DNA of 62,571 nucleotides, filler included, from Sphacelaria rigidula (taxonomy: Eukaryota), in assembly GCA_964200075.2 (NCBI GenBank). It is 8 parts of 8 records of this genome, joined end to end, with 100 filler letters (N's around TTAATTAATTAA, not from the genome) between each part and the next. Parts side by side here need not be neighbours in the genome. Positions count along the whole stretch, not along the records: positions 47,007 to 54,739 come from CAXNAA020013637.1; positions 54,840 to 62,571 come from CAXNAA020013638.1; 6 more parts are not named here. The stretch is one strand, 5' to 3'. The notes below the pieces were generated by a model. It searched no databases, was not told where the DNA came from, and worked only from the letters and a program-made list of their open reading frames with translations. Made by a program: the position numbers and the translations under genes. How positions within the stretch are numbered: the first letter of the stretch is position 1; the number at the start of each line of letters is the position of its first letter. This document shows, one piece after another, positions 47,866 to 59,682 of this stretch.

Positions 47866-49450
47866 TCACTGCGGGGCGAAAACATACGCCGTCATAAAGC
47901 CACATCCACCCTTCCGGATGCGGTCGTTGTCGTCGGGGTTGCAGGCGATCGGACGTTCGCGCCTCTCCCTACCATCGCCGTCGTCACCTTCCTCACGTAT
48001 ATCGGAAACAAGCGCCTTCCACATCTCGGCTTCAGTGTTGGGGATAACCGTATGACAGGTGGCCACTCGAATATCCCGTAGAACAGCTTGAATCTTCGCC
48101 TGAACACTGCGATGCATTTTGCGGGACGCCGACGGAGAGCGCTTGCGAGAGTTATGTTCACGGCTGTTTGCGACCAGAGGCACTCTAGTTACACAAATGA
48201 ACAGTTGTGGGGGCGCACTCGGACGGCATGCTCTCCACAGTCTGGTTTCGGAAACCAGATACTGTACATAATCGTTGCCAAAACCACGACCGTAGCGATT
48301 TCCGAGAAGTTTCGTAACATCGTCCACTCATGTGGAGGTCAACAGTAACGCTCCTTCGAAGACCTGAGTTGTGAATCCTACACATTTCATTGTATGCTCA
48401 CCCTTTGGGAGACTGTGCAGGCAAACGTATCTCCGGTGTTGGGGAAACGTATCTAATGGACAGTGCCGTTCTGTCCCCGCCTACACTACATTTAATCACT
48501 CTGATCGCGGTAACCGTTTTGCCACTTGTCCGACCGCTGCAACGGCGAGCACCACTGAAATAAAACTTCCACGATTCTTTCGAACTCAATTATACTTACG
48601 AGGATGCAAATGGTGATGATGGCGTCGAAAGAGTACGGGCGCGCCCCTACACCAACACATGATGCACTCCCCATGACCCCATCGCGAAGCGAAGTTTGTT
48701 TCTGTCGCGGGGATTCATCTTTGAAAGTCCGCTCTGAGTGTTCCTGACGAGACAGGATATGCCCCATCCATACCATGCTGGGAGACTTTGCGGTATGCCA
48801 TGTCCTTCCAGTTGAAGACGTCCCCACTTTCGTCATCTTCCCTCCGAAAAATACGGTGATCGATCTCCGTGTATGTGCGCGAACAATCTTCACCCGACAC
48901 ACGAGCCTAGACGGGTCACTCTTATCTCCACGAAGCGTCACTCTTAGCTCCACGAGGCGACAGAACATGTGTGTGATCAGGGGTTGCTCGATGTAATACA
49001 TGCTGACGCAACAGGGTTCGCATCCGTTTTGGTCACAGTTACCGCCCACGATGAGTCCCTTCAAGACCGAACGCTACTTTCAGTTGTGTGAGGTAGACAC
49101 TATGTCCATCCTCATGGACGCCTGCTGTACAATCAGGACGAGAACCTCAATCGCCGAGCTCATGCACGGTGTTTGCAGCTGGCGGCGACACGCATGGAGT
49201 ACGTGGGGGACACAACGTATATTGCGTCAGATGAGAGTGCCGCGTTCGCCGCTCATCGTCTCATGAGATATGGTAACTGCAGGGGATGGTGAAGCAGAGC
49301 AATACCATAACCCAAGGGTCCAATCCAGGGATGCCATGACTATCCAACAAGGAATCATGTGGTATATGGTTCTTCGACGCGCCACGTGACTGAGTTGGTA
49401 AGCCAGGTGCTTTGGTTCTGAACATGTTCAACGACAGGGGCAACACTGCA
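47866..49450 (-). pseudogene. Decayed coding region, possibly second Ulp1-like relic
   Basis: Fragments in order, across frames: STWLTNSV, IYVVSPTYS, YIEQPLITHMFCRLVEL, FNWKDMAY, PRQKQ..ASCVGV. Heavily disrupted. Confidence 0.3.
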
Positions 49451-49673
49451 ACGACGGTACATCCTACGGGATGCACACACGTGACGTCTGTCTCGTAACC
49501 CAGTGAATAACATACTCGACACAAGTGCGATAAATGACACTGGTGACGATATACGTATGTGCCACCGAAGGTGCTCGACGTAATGGTTCACACGTTGTGA
49601 CATGAGCCGAGTAAACTACACTGACGCGTGACCGCCCGGGCTTGCGCCTAGCATAATTTCCCTCCCCTTGATG

Positions 49674-50577
49674 ATAGTGCACTTGTTCATGGTTTCTGAA
49701 ACCAGACCCCGCGTAAGTGAGTCGGTGTGCTATCGTTTCTGTACGCGTCAACATGTGTATCACCACTTACGACCGCTGTGATGCCGGAGGACTGTTTTTG
49801 TACACCGGCGGTAAGTCTTTGGCGCACAGCAAATCACGTTTGTGCTGGTTTACGAAACCCCCTCCTTGAGGCGCTTGTATGGGGCTTGTTTCTGAAACCA
49901 TGTACGGCATGCCAAGAAATGAGATCCTCCATGACAGTCGAGACTTCGCGCGAAGATTTGAACCCGAGCTCAAGCCGTCATACATAGTGCATTTGTTCGT
50001 GGTTTCTGGAACCAGCCCTTGCGTCAGTAAGTCGGTGTCCTATCGTTTCTGTACGCATCATCAGGTGTGTCACCACTGACGACCTCCATGATGCCGACTG
50101 GTTTCATACACCGGCGGTAACTATTTCGCGCACAGCAAGTTACCTCTGTCTTGGGTTACGAAACAACCCCCTTGAGGCGCTTGTATGGGACTTGTTTCTG
50201 AAACCAGGTACGGCATGCCGAAGAACAAGTTCCTCCATGACAGTCAAGGCTTCGCGCGGAGATTTGAACCAGAGCTCAAATCATCGCCAAAGTGCATTTG
50301 TTCGTGGTTTTTGAAACCAGCCCTCGCGTGAGCGAGTCGGTGTCCTATCGTTTCTGTATGCATCAACAGGTGTCACCCCTGACAACCGCCATGATGCCGA
50401 CTGACTGGTTTCATATACCGGCGGTAAATCGTTCGCATACAGCAAGTTACGTTTGTGTTGGGTTACGAAAACCCTCCCTTGAGGCGCTTGTTTGGGGCTG
50501 GTTTCTGAACCAGGCCCGGCATGCCAGAGAATGATATCCTCCATGACAGTCAAGGCTTCGCGCGGAGATCTGAACCC
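49674..50577. repeat. Three tandem ~300-310-bp units
   Basis: agtgcatttgttcgtggtttctg..gtcggtgtcctatcgtttctgta..cttgaggcgcttgt..cctccatgacagtc recurs at ~49674, ~49984 and ~50290. Confidence 0.9.
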
Positions 50578-52158
50578 TTATTGATGCCACTGGTCGTGGC
50601 AACAATAATAATGCAGTAGCATCATGTCCTGCATGCGCGCGTGTATCAATCCGTCATGAAAATCCGATATTTTTCTCCGACGCCGACGTCGAGCAATGAC
50701 ATACGTACAACAAACCGAAAAGTTGTGGATGATCGTGATCTGATATTCAACAGACACATCTTGGTACATCTTACCTTGGATAGTTCCTCCACAGGTTGTC
50801 GTGTTCATTGTTTGCCTAGCCCTTTCGTGTGACGTAGGTCGTAAACTTTAAAAAGTTTCGCACGGCGCTCTTCCTCAGACTTCGTCCCCATAGCCCGCCT
50901 TTACCCATACGTTTCTGCATCTGCAGGAAAAAGAGGGTGGGATAGATAGATGGTGCCCATAATGATAGATAATATCAGACGTCGCTCGCTACTAGCTGCC
51001 TATGTTGTTTTTTGGCCGGTATGAACATGCATGCAGACTACTCGTCGCGCCTGTATTTGAGTGTTTCATTGTTTCTCCCGAAATTGGAACATGCGTGGGC
51101 GCATGCTCCTTAAGTGCGCAACACTAATCTCCCCTTATTGCACAACTACACTCGATGTTTCGGCGTGTTTAAAGGACTCCGACGCAGTTTGGTAGGATTC
51201 TGATATCGCCGCCTTACATCATCATAATCAAGGCGCTCCTGGTTGGACGTCAAAAGGATGTGAACAACGGCTTCTTATGTATGAATGGTTGGGGAGGTAA
51301 ACCACGTCCATCGCGGTCTTGTGTTAACAATTGGTCGGCACCACACGCGGAGAACTTCTTTCGGAGGACATTCCCCCAGAGTTACTCATTTCGAGTGGAC
51401 TCAGTCATGTCGTGCTCACGTCATACAGCCTCGATCGTTTACGTGATACCGTCCGCGATTGTTTTTCTCAGCGTGGAATTTGAGACAAATGCGATGATCC
51501 AGAAACGTGACGTGTCATGGACATAGCATCATGTTTACCCCTACTGCACCACACAGATATCGTGCCGCCAACGGTAAACTCTTCTAGCGCTGCGCACGGC
51601 AAGACGAATAGGTTTCAGTGTATTCTCACCTCTTGACCCTCAACCCCTTTGCCACGCGGGAGACGATCTTCCGGCGACCCGGGAAGCACGCTCAAGGACA
51701 AGCTTAGGAATCCCAAACCGATCACTTGTCGAGCTGCGCAGATATGGACCATCGAGTCAGGTTTTTTTCCATCGCTGTTCGAGGCAGGTCTTGAAACTTG
51801 TGGAAGGTTGACATCCGGGTGTTCGTTTTACAGGCATGGAGACTGCGTCCTTACTTGCACTGACGCGCTGTGACCGAGGACAATAGGCTTCGGGCAGACA
51901 ACGGTAATTACTCGGCCGATTGCGAAACATCCTGTGGTGACCTCATTTCCCCCCCCATTCGCGAAGAAGCTGTATCGTTCCATGTCTACTTCACGCGATG
52001 TGTCCGCTGTCCCATACTATCCGCTGGGCTGGAATAAGCGGAGACAGGGTGGTCGGGTTACTGACCCCATGCAGGTGATGAAAATCTATAGTACTTTAGT
52101 CGGGTGCGATATCATCCTACACTCTTATCTAATATGAGCAAGAGTTTAGGGGTTTTGA

Positions 52159-53354
52159 CCCTTAGACCGCGAGATTAGTCTTTCTGGATCATGTATATTT
52201 GTTTCACTTGAAATTGATGCCGAGTCCACAGAAGACTAACGTCGCGGTCTATGGGTTAACCCGTAGACCGCGAGGAGGGTAGTCCATCCGGGTCACAAAC
52301 AGATTTTTCAAGTGAAATTGATGCCGATTCTGCAGGTAACCTATCGTCGCGGTCAAGGGGACAACAGCTGACAGGTTCCGAAATATCCGAATCTGCCATG
52401 CAGCATACATGGTCATCGTGATCACAACTGGTAATGACTGTCCGTTTGGTATGTAAAGCAAGTTGTGCCGCGAGGAGCGTCCATGATTTCTCGGAGTTAC
52501 TGTTCGCCAGGTCATTTTCGCATCTGTAACTTGCGCATAACACAAACGCTAAAGCCGACGCTGTAACAATCTCGCGATGGGGAGGAAGCCAGCTGAATCG
52601 AGACGAGGATACGCTTGTGCGGTGAGCATAGGGGGGTCGCGGTGCATGTCTGGCCATACATTCTGTAAAAAGCAGCGCAAGTGCGGTCAATATCACATTA
52701 GTAACCGTCACCGTATCAAACAGCATAGCGAAGATGTCCCTACAAATGCCATTTGGCTTGGGTATGAACCCTTAGACCGCGAGATTAGTCTTTCTGGATT
52801 ATGCATATGTATTTTCACTTAAAATTGATGCCGATTCAACAGAAGATTAACCTCGCGGTGTAAGGGTTAACCCTTGAACGGCGGGAGTAGGTCATGTGTT
52901 GAATGGTGAAAATTTCACTTGAAAACCCCATGCATGAACCAGATGGACTACCCCCGCGGTTCAAGGGTCAACAGATATATCTCAAATCGGGGAGACCTCG
53001 GCTTTCCACCGACGTTTCGCAAAACTCGGCGGAAACATCGTTCTGAAATCGCGACACCCCGATTTGGCCCAGATCGGAGTCGATAAAATTTTGATAATAA
53101 GTAGCCGGTCACCCCGGTGGCTCAGTTGGTAACTTCGAAACTCTCTGACGGTTGTGTCGTGGGTTCATTCCTCTGAGCGATCTCGGATTGTTTCGCACAC
53201 CATGCCCAACAACAGTGGAGAGCGACCATGTCGTGGGTACCCAAAGTTCGATTTAACCCTCAGACCGCAACGTTAGTCTTGTGATGAATCGGCATCAATT
53301 TCGAGTGAAAACAAGTATGCATGATCCAGAAGGACTAATCACGCGGTCTAAGGG
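52159..53354. mobile_element. Cluster of five ~100-bp TTAA-associated piggyBac-like MITEs
   Basis: Copies at 52159-52255, 52260-52360, 52769-52866, 52871-52967 and 53257-53354. Termini are ccct..accgcg/cgcggt..aggg, with TTAA between or around copies. Confidence 0.8.
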
Positions 53355-53432
53355 TTAAGAAACCGATTGACTGCTGAGCTGAACAGCCAGCGCGCGCTGG
53401 CTGTTCAGCTCAGCAGCCAATCGGTTTTTTAA
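53355..53432. repeat. 78-bp near-perfect palindrome bounded by TTAA
   Basis: 39-bp arms with 2 mismatches. A degenerate second copy lies at ~53623-53692. Confidence 0.9.
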
Positions 53433-54284
53433 CAAACGCTAAGTTCGGTGGGCCCGTCGCATGACCCCGAGTACTCACACCCCAGGGTTGCTATCCCTGT
53501 AACCAACACTGTTCACTTCAACCGGTAGACTTCGACTGCACCTGGTGCTCAACATCGAAATCAAATTCTCAGTCGTTTTTTGTTTCTTCCGACCGTACCC
53601 TGACGAACTTAGCTTTTGTTATGAAACCGATTGACTGTTGAGAAAAACAGCAAGCGTTGGCTGTTGAGCTCAGCAGTCAATCGGTTTCTTGACAGTATCC
53701 CACGTTGCAGATCATGTGCAGGCTGCGTGATGTTTCAGACTGTGATGCCTTCACGGTTGCGTCAGAAAACCTGGCGTATGTGCAAGGCATCTTGTGCATG
53801 TACAAGGCATACCAAGCGCAAAACCGTCAGCATAATACATACTCCCAAATCGTTTGGGAAATACCAGAGGTGCTGGACGTCCATCGTTTCGAATAAATCA
53901 GCCGGACCGTGGAGTAGGTGCGAGTGGGTGCCAGAAATAAGTGAAATGCGCAGCATCGGTTGTGAAGAGCGAATGCTGTATATCTGTAGAGGTCATCGGC
54001 TATGACCCGCTCATGCGGCACAGCCAGCTGCCTGGCGCTTTACAGTGTATCTCTCATCACATTGATGGAGCCGCACTAGCGACGCAGGGAGCCTGCGGTG
54101 GTGCGGAGTGCTGTACAAGCAGAAAAGCAGCAGCCGCCATCAGTATACAGCAAGAGTAGCGGAAGGAGTTTCAATTTGTTTTCGTTCACAACCAACCGAG
54201 TGCTCTCGTAGTGCGGACGGACATATATTTCATCAGCTATCTGACTCTTCCCAGATTCCCGCGCCGGTCCCACCTTGCTATCCA

Positions 54285-54665
54285 CTACATTCATGTTCTC
54301 GACCATCTGAGAAAATAGGTGGCGTGGACGAATCAGAAACGAGCAAATTTTATTCGACCACACGTTTTTACACGAAACCAATTGGATAAGACACGGCCGT
54401 GTCTTATCAAATTGAATTCGACCCGAAAACGTACGGTGGAATCGAATTCGCTCGTTTCTGATTCGTCCACGCTGCTCATTCCCTCAGATGAGGCCTTGCC
54501 TTATCAAATTGTTTTCGACTCGAAAACGTACGGTGGAATCGGATCCGCTCGTTTCTGATTTGTCCACGCTGCTCATTTTCTTAGATGGTTGAAAACATGA
54601 ATGCCGTGGACGTATCAGGCACAAGCAAATTTGATTTCACCGTACGTTTTCGAGTCCAAAACAAT
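54285..54665. repeat. Foldback/MITE-like block of inverted and direct ~95-bp units
   Basis: Palindrome centre gataagacacggccgtgtcttatc. The unit cttatcaaattg..cgaaaacgtacggtggaatcg..gctcgtttctgatt..tccacgctgctcatt occurs twice directly and in inverted form. Confidence 0.75.
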
Positions 54666-54739
54666 TTCACAGCCGATCCTAATTTTTGGGGTTGAAACAT
54701 AATATGAGGTTGAAGTCCCATCCCTCCATTATAGGGAAG

Positions 54740-54839
54740 NNNNNNNNNNNNNNNNNNNNNNNNNNNNNNNNNNNNNNNNNNNNTTAATTAATTAANNNNN
54801 NNNNNNNNNNNNNNNNNNNNNNNNNNNNNNNNNNNNNNN
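54740..54839. other. Artificial contig linker
   Basis: N44-TTAATTAATTAA-N44. Confidence 0.98.
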
Positions 54840-54888
54840 GGAGTGGTGGGCAAAGGGTAAACGCCCAAGGGAACCAACAGAGGAGTTA

Positions 54889-54976
54889 GACCCCCCCCCC
54901 CCCTCGCCGAGTGGTCCAAGGCGCTGGTTTTAGGCACCAGTTCGAAAGAGCGTGGGTTCGAACCCCGCCTCGGTCA
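54889..54976 (+). tRNA. tRNA-Leu(TAG) pseudogene / possible SINE head
   Basis: D arm gccgagtggtccaaggc, anticodon arm ctggt-tt-TAG-gc-accag, long variable arm, T arm gtggg-ttcgaac-cccgc, 3' ctcggtca. The 5' acceptor strand (expected gaccgag) is replaced by ga+C13. Confidence 0.75.
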
Positions 54977-54989
54977 GTAAAACTGGTTA

Positions 54990-55305
54990 GGCAACCATGA
55001 GGCAGTGTATAAGCCGTGGCTGTCTCTGGGAGTGGCGATACCACAAAATAAAGCAACTTTTTGCAGGCTGTTATCCAAATGCAAGATAATCAGTAGGCTT
55101 CGGGCCGAACAATCTTAGGATGCAGCTCACCCTTCACGCGACTCGCCGAGCACACCACGGCGCTTCGCGCGTGGTGGTTTGAGTGCAAGCCTAGTCCGGC
55201 GAAAACCCGGCGTCCTCCGTCCTGGTTTTGTAGGGATGCGAGGTCAATGGTGTGATGACTATGGCATGCATGATCATGAGTACGCCTCCCGTCCCCCCGC
55301 CCCCC
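54990..55305 (+). mobile_element. SINE-like family A copy
   Basis: Matches 11725-12050 and ends gagtac plus a C-rich tail. Further fragments at 32350-32400 and 39230-39340. Confidence 0.8.
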
Positions 55306-55795
55306 TGCGTAGCTACTGTAGGTTCGGTGCACGTGCCTCGCATAGGCGCTGTGGGCACTGTCCAAGAGGGGTGCATGCATCGACACATATCTTCGGAGTG
55401 GTACTGCACACGGCTGACTGAGCAAATATATATTTCTCCAGGTACGCTTACGTTAACATGGATCAAAGTCGCCGCACAGGGGACAGCACAAGGAAGGTTA
55501 CAGCTGTACTGAATGTGCAGTAGATCAAACATCTCGCACATATTATTCCAATAAAAAAGAATCCGCGGTATAGTCTCTGTATTGCACGAAGCCTACTGAA
55601 AGCATGGCCAAAACCTTGAACGTGGCTACGCAGTACAGTATTGTGTCAACGGACTCGCGCCGACCAACACAATTCCCCAACCACTCCCCCCAAAGATACA
55701 GACACTGAACAACGTACCCTCTTTTGGATACCAAGAATACGTTTTGCCCAGCACTTTGTGGAAATCCACGTGGACACCTGCATCTCCCATCCCAT

Positions 55796-57031
55796 TTACT
55801 TCTTGTTCAGCATTGCCCGGAAATCCGCGTTGGATTTCTGCGAAGGAGGCGTTGCTGGCGGAGGGGGGGATGTCGTGCCATTTTCTCGGTCCCCTCCTCG
55901 CCCTTCCGGCTGTGGGGCTGCTCGTCTCGCACCGTTTCTGTCCGGACCGCTGCTCCCGCTGCCGGTGCCAGTACCTTCCGTACCTATACCTCGACGTATG
56001 CCACGCGGCCTAATAGATCTGATTATTGCGCACAAACAAGGAAGCGTTCGAGATCCTTTCGTGAAAGTCTGGAGAGAAGAGCAGGCCTTCGTAGGTCTGA
56101 ATCGGAAAATCGTGCACTGCTACAGAATGGTCATTACTGACAAATATATATATAAAGGGTCTCTTGAACGATTGTACGGGAACCGTTCCATGCACGAAAA
56201 ACTGCGCAGGTGTGCATGTCGTGTATTCCTTGACAGTGCACCCATTTGGCAGTACTTGGCTCTAGTGTAGGGGGAGTATCTGAAGGGGAAGCGGCGACGA
56301 GTAGTAGACATAATTCAAGGTCTAGCACCACGATCTTTTGAATATATATCCACCTTCTACTCTCTGCATATGTGGATAACATGGTTCATCACTTCCAGTG
56401 TCCGACTAAAAGAGTATTTTTTGGCACGCACGTATACATACAAATACAACACGCTAGCAACTTGATGTCTGCTTCGTGTTCCGAATCGACTGCAAGTAAA
56501 AAAAACAAGAGCCTTGTTCGGGTAGGAAGGTATCGGTACAAGAAAAGAAGAACAAAGCAACACAACGAAAGAACAAGCAATCATCCAAATAAACACACAG
56601 AAACACACAAACACACACACTCACAACGCACAGACATCACAGAAACAGAGCAGAACACAAAACGCAAATTCTTCAAAATAATAACACAAGATACACACTC
56701 ACCCCAGCTGCAACCTAGGCCTGAGAGCCAACACAGCAGCAGGTTGAGCGCCGCCGCCGGTGACCGGAGGCGTTTCCCTAGGCGCACTTCCATCTTTGCC
56801 GGTACCGCAGCGATTGCACCTCACGCGGAACCCGAAGCAAACATTATCGCACTCAGGGTTGACGCACTTCCAATCTTCTGCCCTGCTTTTGCTGGTCTGA
56901 GAAGAGGGAGTAGCGCCGCTTTGATCGGGTTTGGAATCGCCCTGAGCTGCCCCAGGGGTGGTACTCGCAGTGGGTGGCTGCGGAATGACCGCCGGATGGA
57001 TTGAGCGGGAGACCTTGACGGTACCGCCGCA
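55796..57031 (-). CDS. SART3: SART3/Prp24-like U4/U6 snRNP recycling factor, last two exons, with RanBP2-type zinc finger
   Basis: Exon 57031-56703 (CGGTVKVSRS = RRM end; DWKCVNPECDNVCFGFRVRCNRCGTGK = zf-RanBP2; LALRPR) joins in phase 2 to exon 56009-55796. That exon ends KSNADFRAMLNKK*, the Lsm-interaction motif of SART3/Prp24. Confidence 0.72.
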
Positions 57032-57228
57032 CTGCGGGTGGTGTGGTTCCAATTGTAGTAGGATTATAGTAGGATTAATGTGAACAACAACAAAAGATAG
57101 CAGCAGAAGCGTTTGTTAAGAGCATGTTTGAGACGGTGACGTGTTGTGTAGTGCATGTACTGTAGTACGATTGACAAAATAACCGTAATAATAATAAACA
57201 AACACGATTGGTAGGTTTAAACGTGGTA

Positions 57229-57780
57229 CAGTAGTCAGACTTCAAATTCGGTGTCCACTCAATCGGGACTTTTCTCACATGCGATCTGTCACCGTCACTC
57301 GAGAGTTTGACAGTCGGTAGGCGTTGGGGAAAGAAGCAGGTTGTGCTCAGGACACATTTCCCCATTTTGTACTGTCGAAACGATACGGAGTAAAACTCAT
57401 TTTATCGAGGGGGTGTTATTAACCGCATATTGCCCAAAAATATGTTTTCTCGGCTATAGCGCAATGAAAATATCGAAAAAATAAGAACTGAAGTCGTACA
57501 ATTAGCTCTATTCAATATACCGATCCGGATCGGTTTGGTCGAGCAAGAATATCAAAGAGCGAGAACCGGGGAATGTACACTTCTAGGCCCCCCAAAGACC
57601 GGTGGGTCCGTATCTCATTCAAAATTGGTCCTAGATTATATATTTTTTCGGATCTCGTGTCTGGTACTCATGTCTCTGGCAACCCCAAGTGGTATCAAAT
57701 AGAAACCCTGATGAGTCTTCGAAAAATCTTTAAAAATCGCTTCCAATCGAACATGTAACGTTTCAAGTTTGCCTACGATG
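57229..57780. mobile_element. TA-flanked MITE, same family as 3754-4292
   Basis: TA|cagtagtcagacttcaaa ... tttcaagtttgcctacgatg|TA with shared interior. Confidence 0.75.
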
Positions 57781-58039
57781 TACATGAGGTGAAAAGGTCG
57801 AGTGTGGTAGGGTGTGACATGAAAAAAAAAGAATGAAACCGAAGCAACACTAACATCAACATTAAAATAAATATTGGTAAAAACATTGATATGGGAAAAC
57901 GGCCGTGTGGGAACACCACGATTGATCAGAGGCGTAGTGTGAATGTCTACTACACAACAGTAAGTACATTTAGGTACATTTAGTTTCTTCCAAACGTTGC
58001 GCGTTCGGTCTGTAAATATAGCGCATGATTTCGTTGACA

Positions 58040-59650
58040 ATCAAGCGGCTTGGATAACCCGTACTCTCACGCCCTCGCAGCCCGCCGACCTCCAAATATT
58101 TTTCTCTTCGTCTCCTTCATAAGTCAGGTCATCGCATTTCCGGGCAGTCTGCATTCAGAAGTAAATACTCTCCGCGTCTAGGCGCGGGTTCCGACCTCAC
58201 AAAAAGCTTCCCGAGCAAGACCAGATAACTAGACTAGATCACTAGACTAGATTAGATAACTAGACGAGATTAGATAGAGCCTGTCTGATTTGTTCCATCA
58301 AATTTCGCCACCGGAGCACGGCAATATTAATAGCAGACACTGAAAACACCTGAGGAGTGAATACGGAAGCACTAGTGTAAACTGGAGACTGCAAACCGTC
58401 ACAATATCGATATTAGTGCTAGTGCTGGGAGTGCTAGTAGAGGCTATCGTTTGAGACTGCTGAAAACAATTCAGCAGGGAGACGTCTGGACAGCTTGTGA
58501 ATAGCTTCGGGCATAGAGCTTCACGGACGCGTGAGGAGGCTTCAAGCTGAGGTAGCTGCAAAGGCGGCTGGCCAATGATTGATCCAGACTGGAGACTTGC
58601 TGGAGCTGCTGCGTACAGCGGGTGTATATACGACCCCCGGGCTGTGTTGGAGCGGCGAAGAAAGCAGGTGGGATTTGAAGTTTGAGACGGTTTAACAAAT
58701 CTTCGACTTCCCGCTCGAGAATGTCGACCACGGAGGTACCGACAATAGAGCCAGCGGAAACAACCGTAACCCCAGACGTTTTAAGGGAAGAGTTGCGGCC
58801 GCCCAGTTACGGGAGTTTGTATTCTGAGGGTGCCTCTCGATCGTTTTACACGAGATACATGGAATACAAAAGGAGGGTGGAGCATGCATATGTATGGTGT
58901 GCGGTGAGGCATCAGGTGGTTTCTATGGCGCAATTAGTGTCTACCCCCTTACAACGTGTCTTCGCGAGAAGGTTCCACGAAAAAAATACTATAACGCCGC
59001 TGCAGTTAGCCGCAGCGATAAAGAAGCACGCAGGGCATGCGGCAGGAGCGGAGGTAGAGCTTACTCAGGCGTCCGCGGCCGTGGCGAAGGCTGTCGCAAT
59101 GAACCACAAGGGGAGGACCATGAGAGAGAGGGTGGAGCCCATAATGGGTAAGTTGGAAACGTATTTTGCGGGAAATCCCAACGTAGACATGATTTATCGT
59201 TCGTCCGATGAGAAATTTCGCCCAGGGCCCGCTGCGGTGGTCACCAAAGCGATGGTGGAGGGTCTGGCACCGGCGGAATTTCAGCAGGCCGTGCTTATAC
59301 AGTTACAGCACGAAACAAATTGGAAGTCGGACCCGTATTTAGTCATGGATACCGTGATGGCTAAAGCTCAGGCATGGCGGCGCGTCGAAGTATTCGGAAA
59401 ATCATCCACTTCGTCACCGCATGTCTTCGAGCTCGCGTAACCGCGGATCAAAATCCGCAGGCAGTGCCGCCTCCAATTTTACTTGCTTTCAGTGTGGCCA
59501 GGTCGGTCACATCGCACGGAAGTGCCCAACGCCTTCTGAAGGGGAGTCTGGGCAAACGAGTGCCGCGCGCCCTCACAAGGGCAAAAGACGAGGTAGTCGT
59601 GGTGGCGGCGGCGGCGGATCCTCCAGCGGTGGAGGTGCACAGCCGACTCC

Positions 59651-59682
<32 letters not shown>

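Noticed and set aside
55641..57004. Two ~210-aa plus-strand ORFs
   Set aside because: They are antisense shadows of the SART3-like exons and intron.
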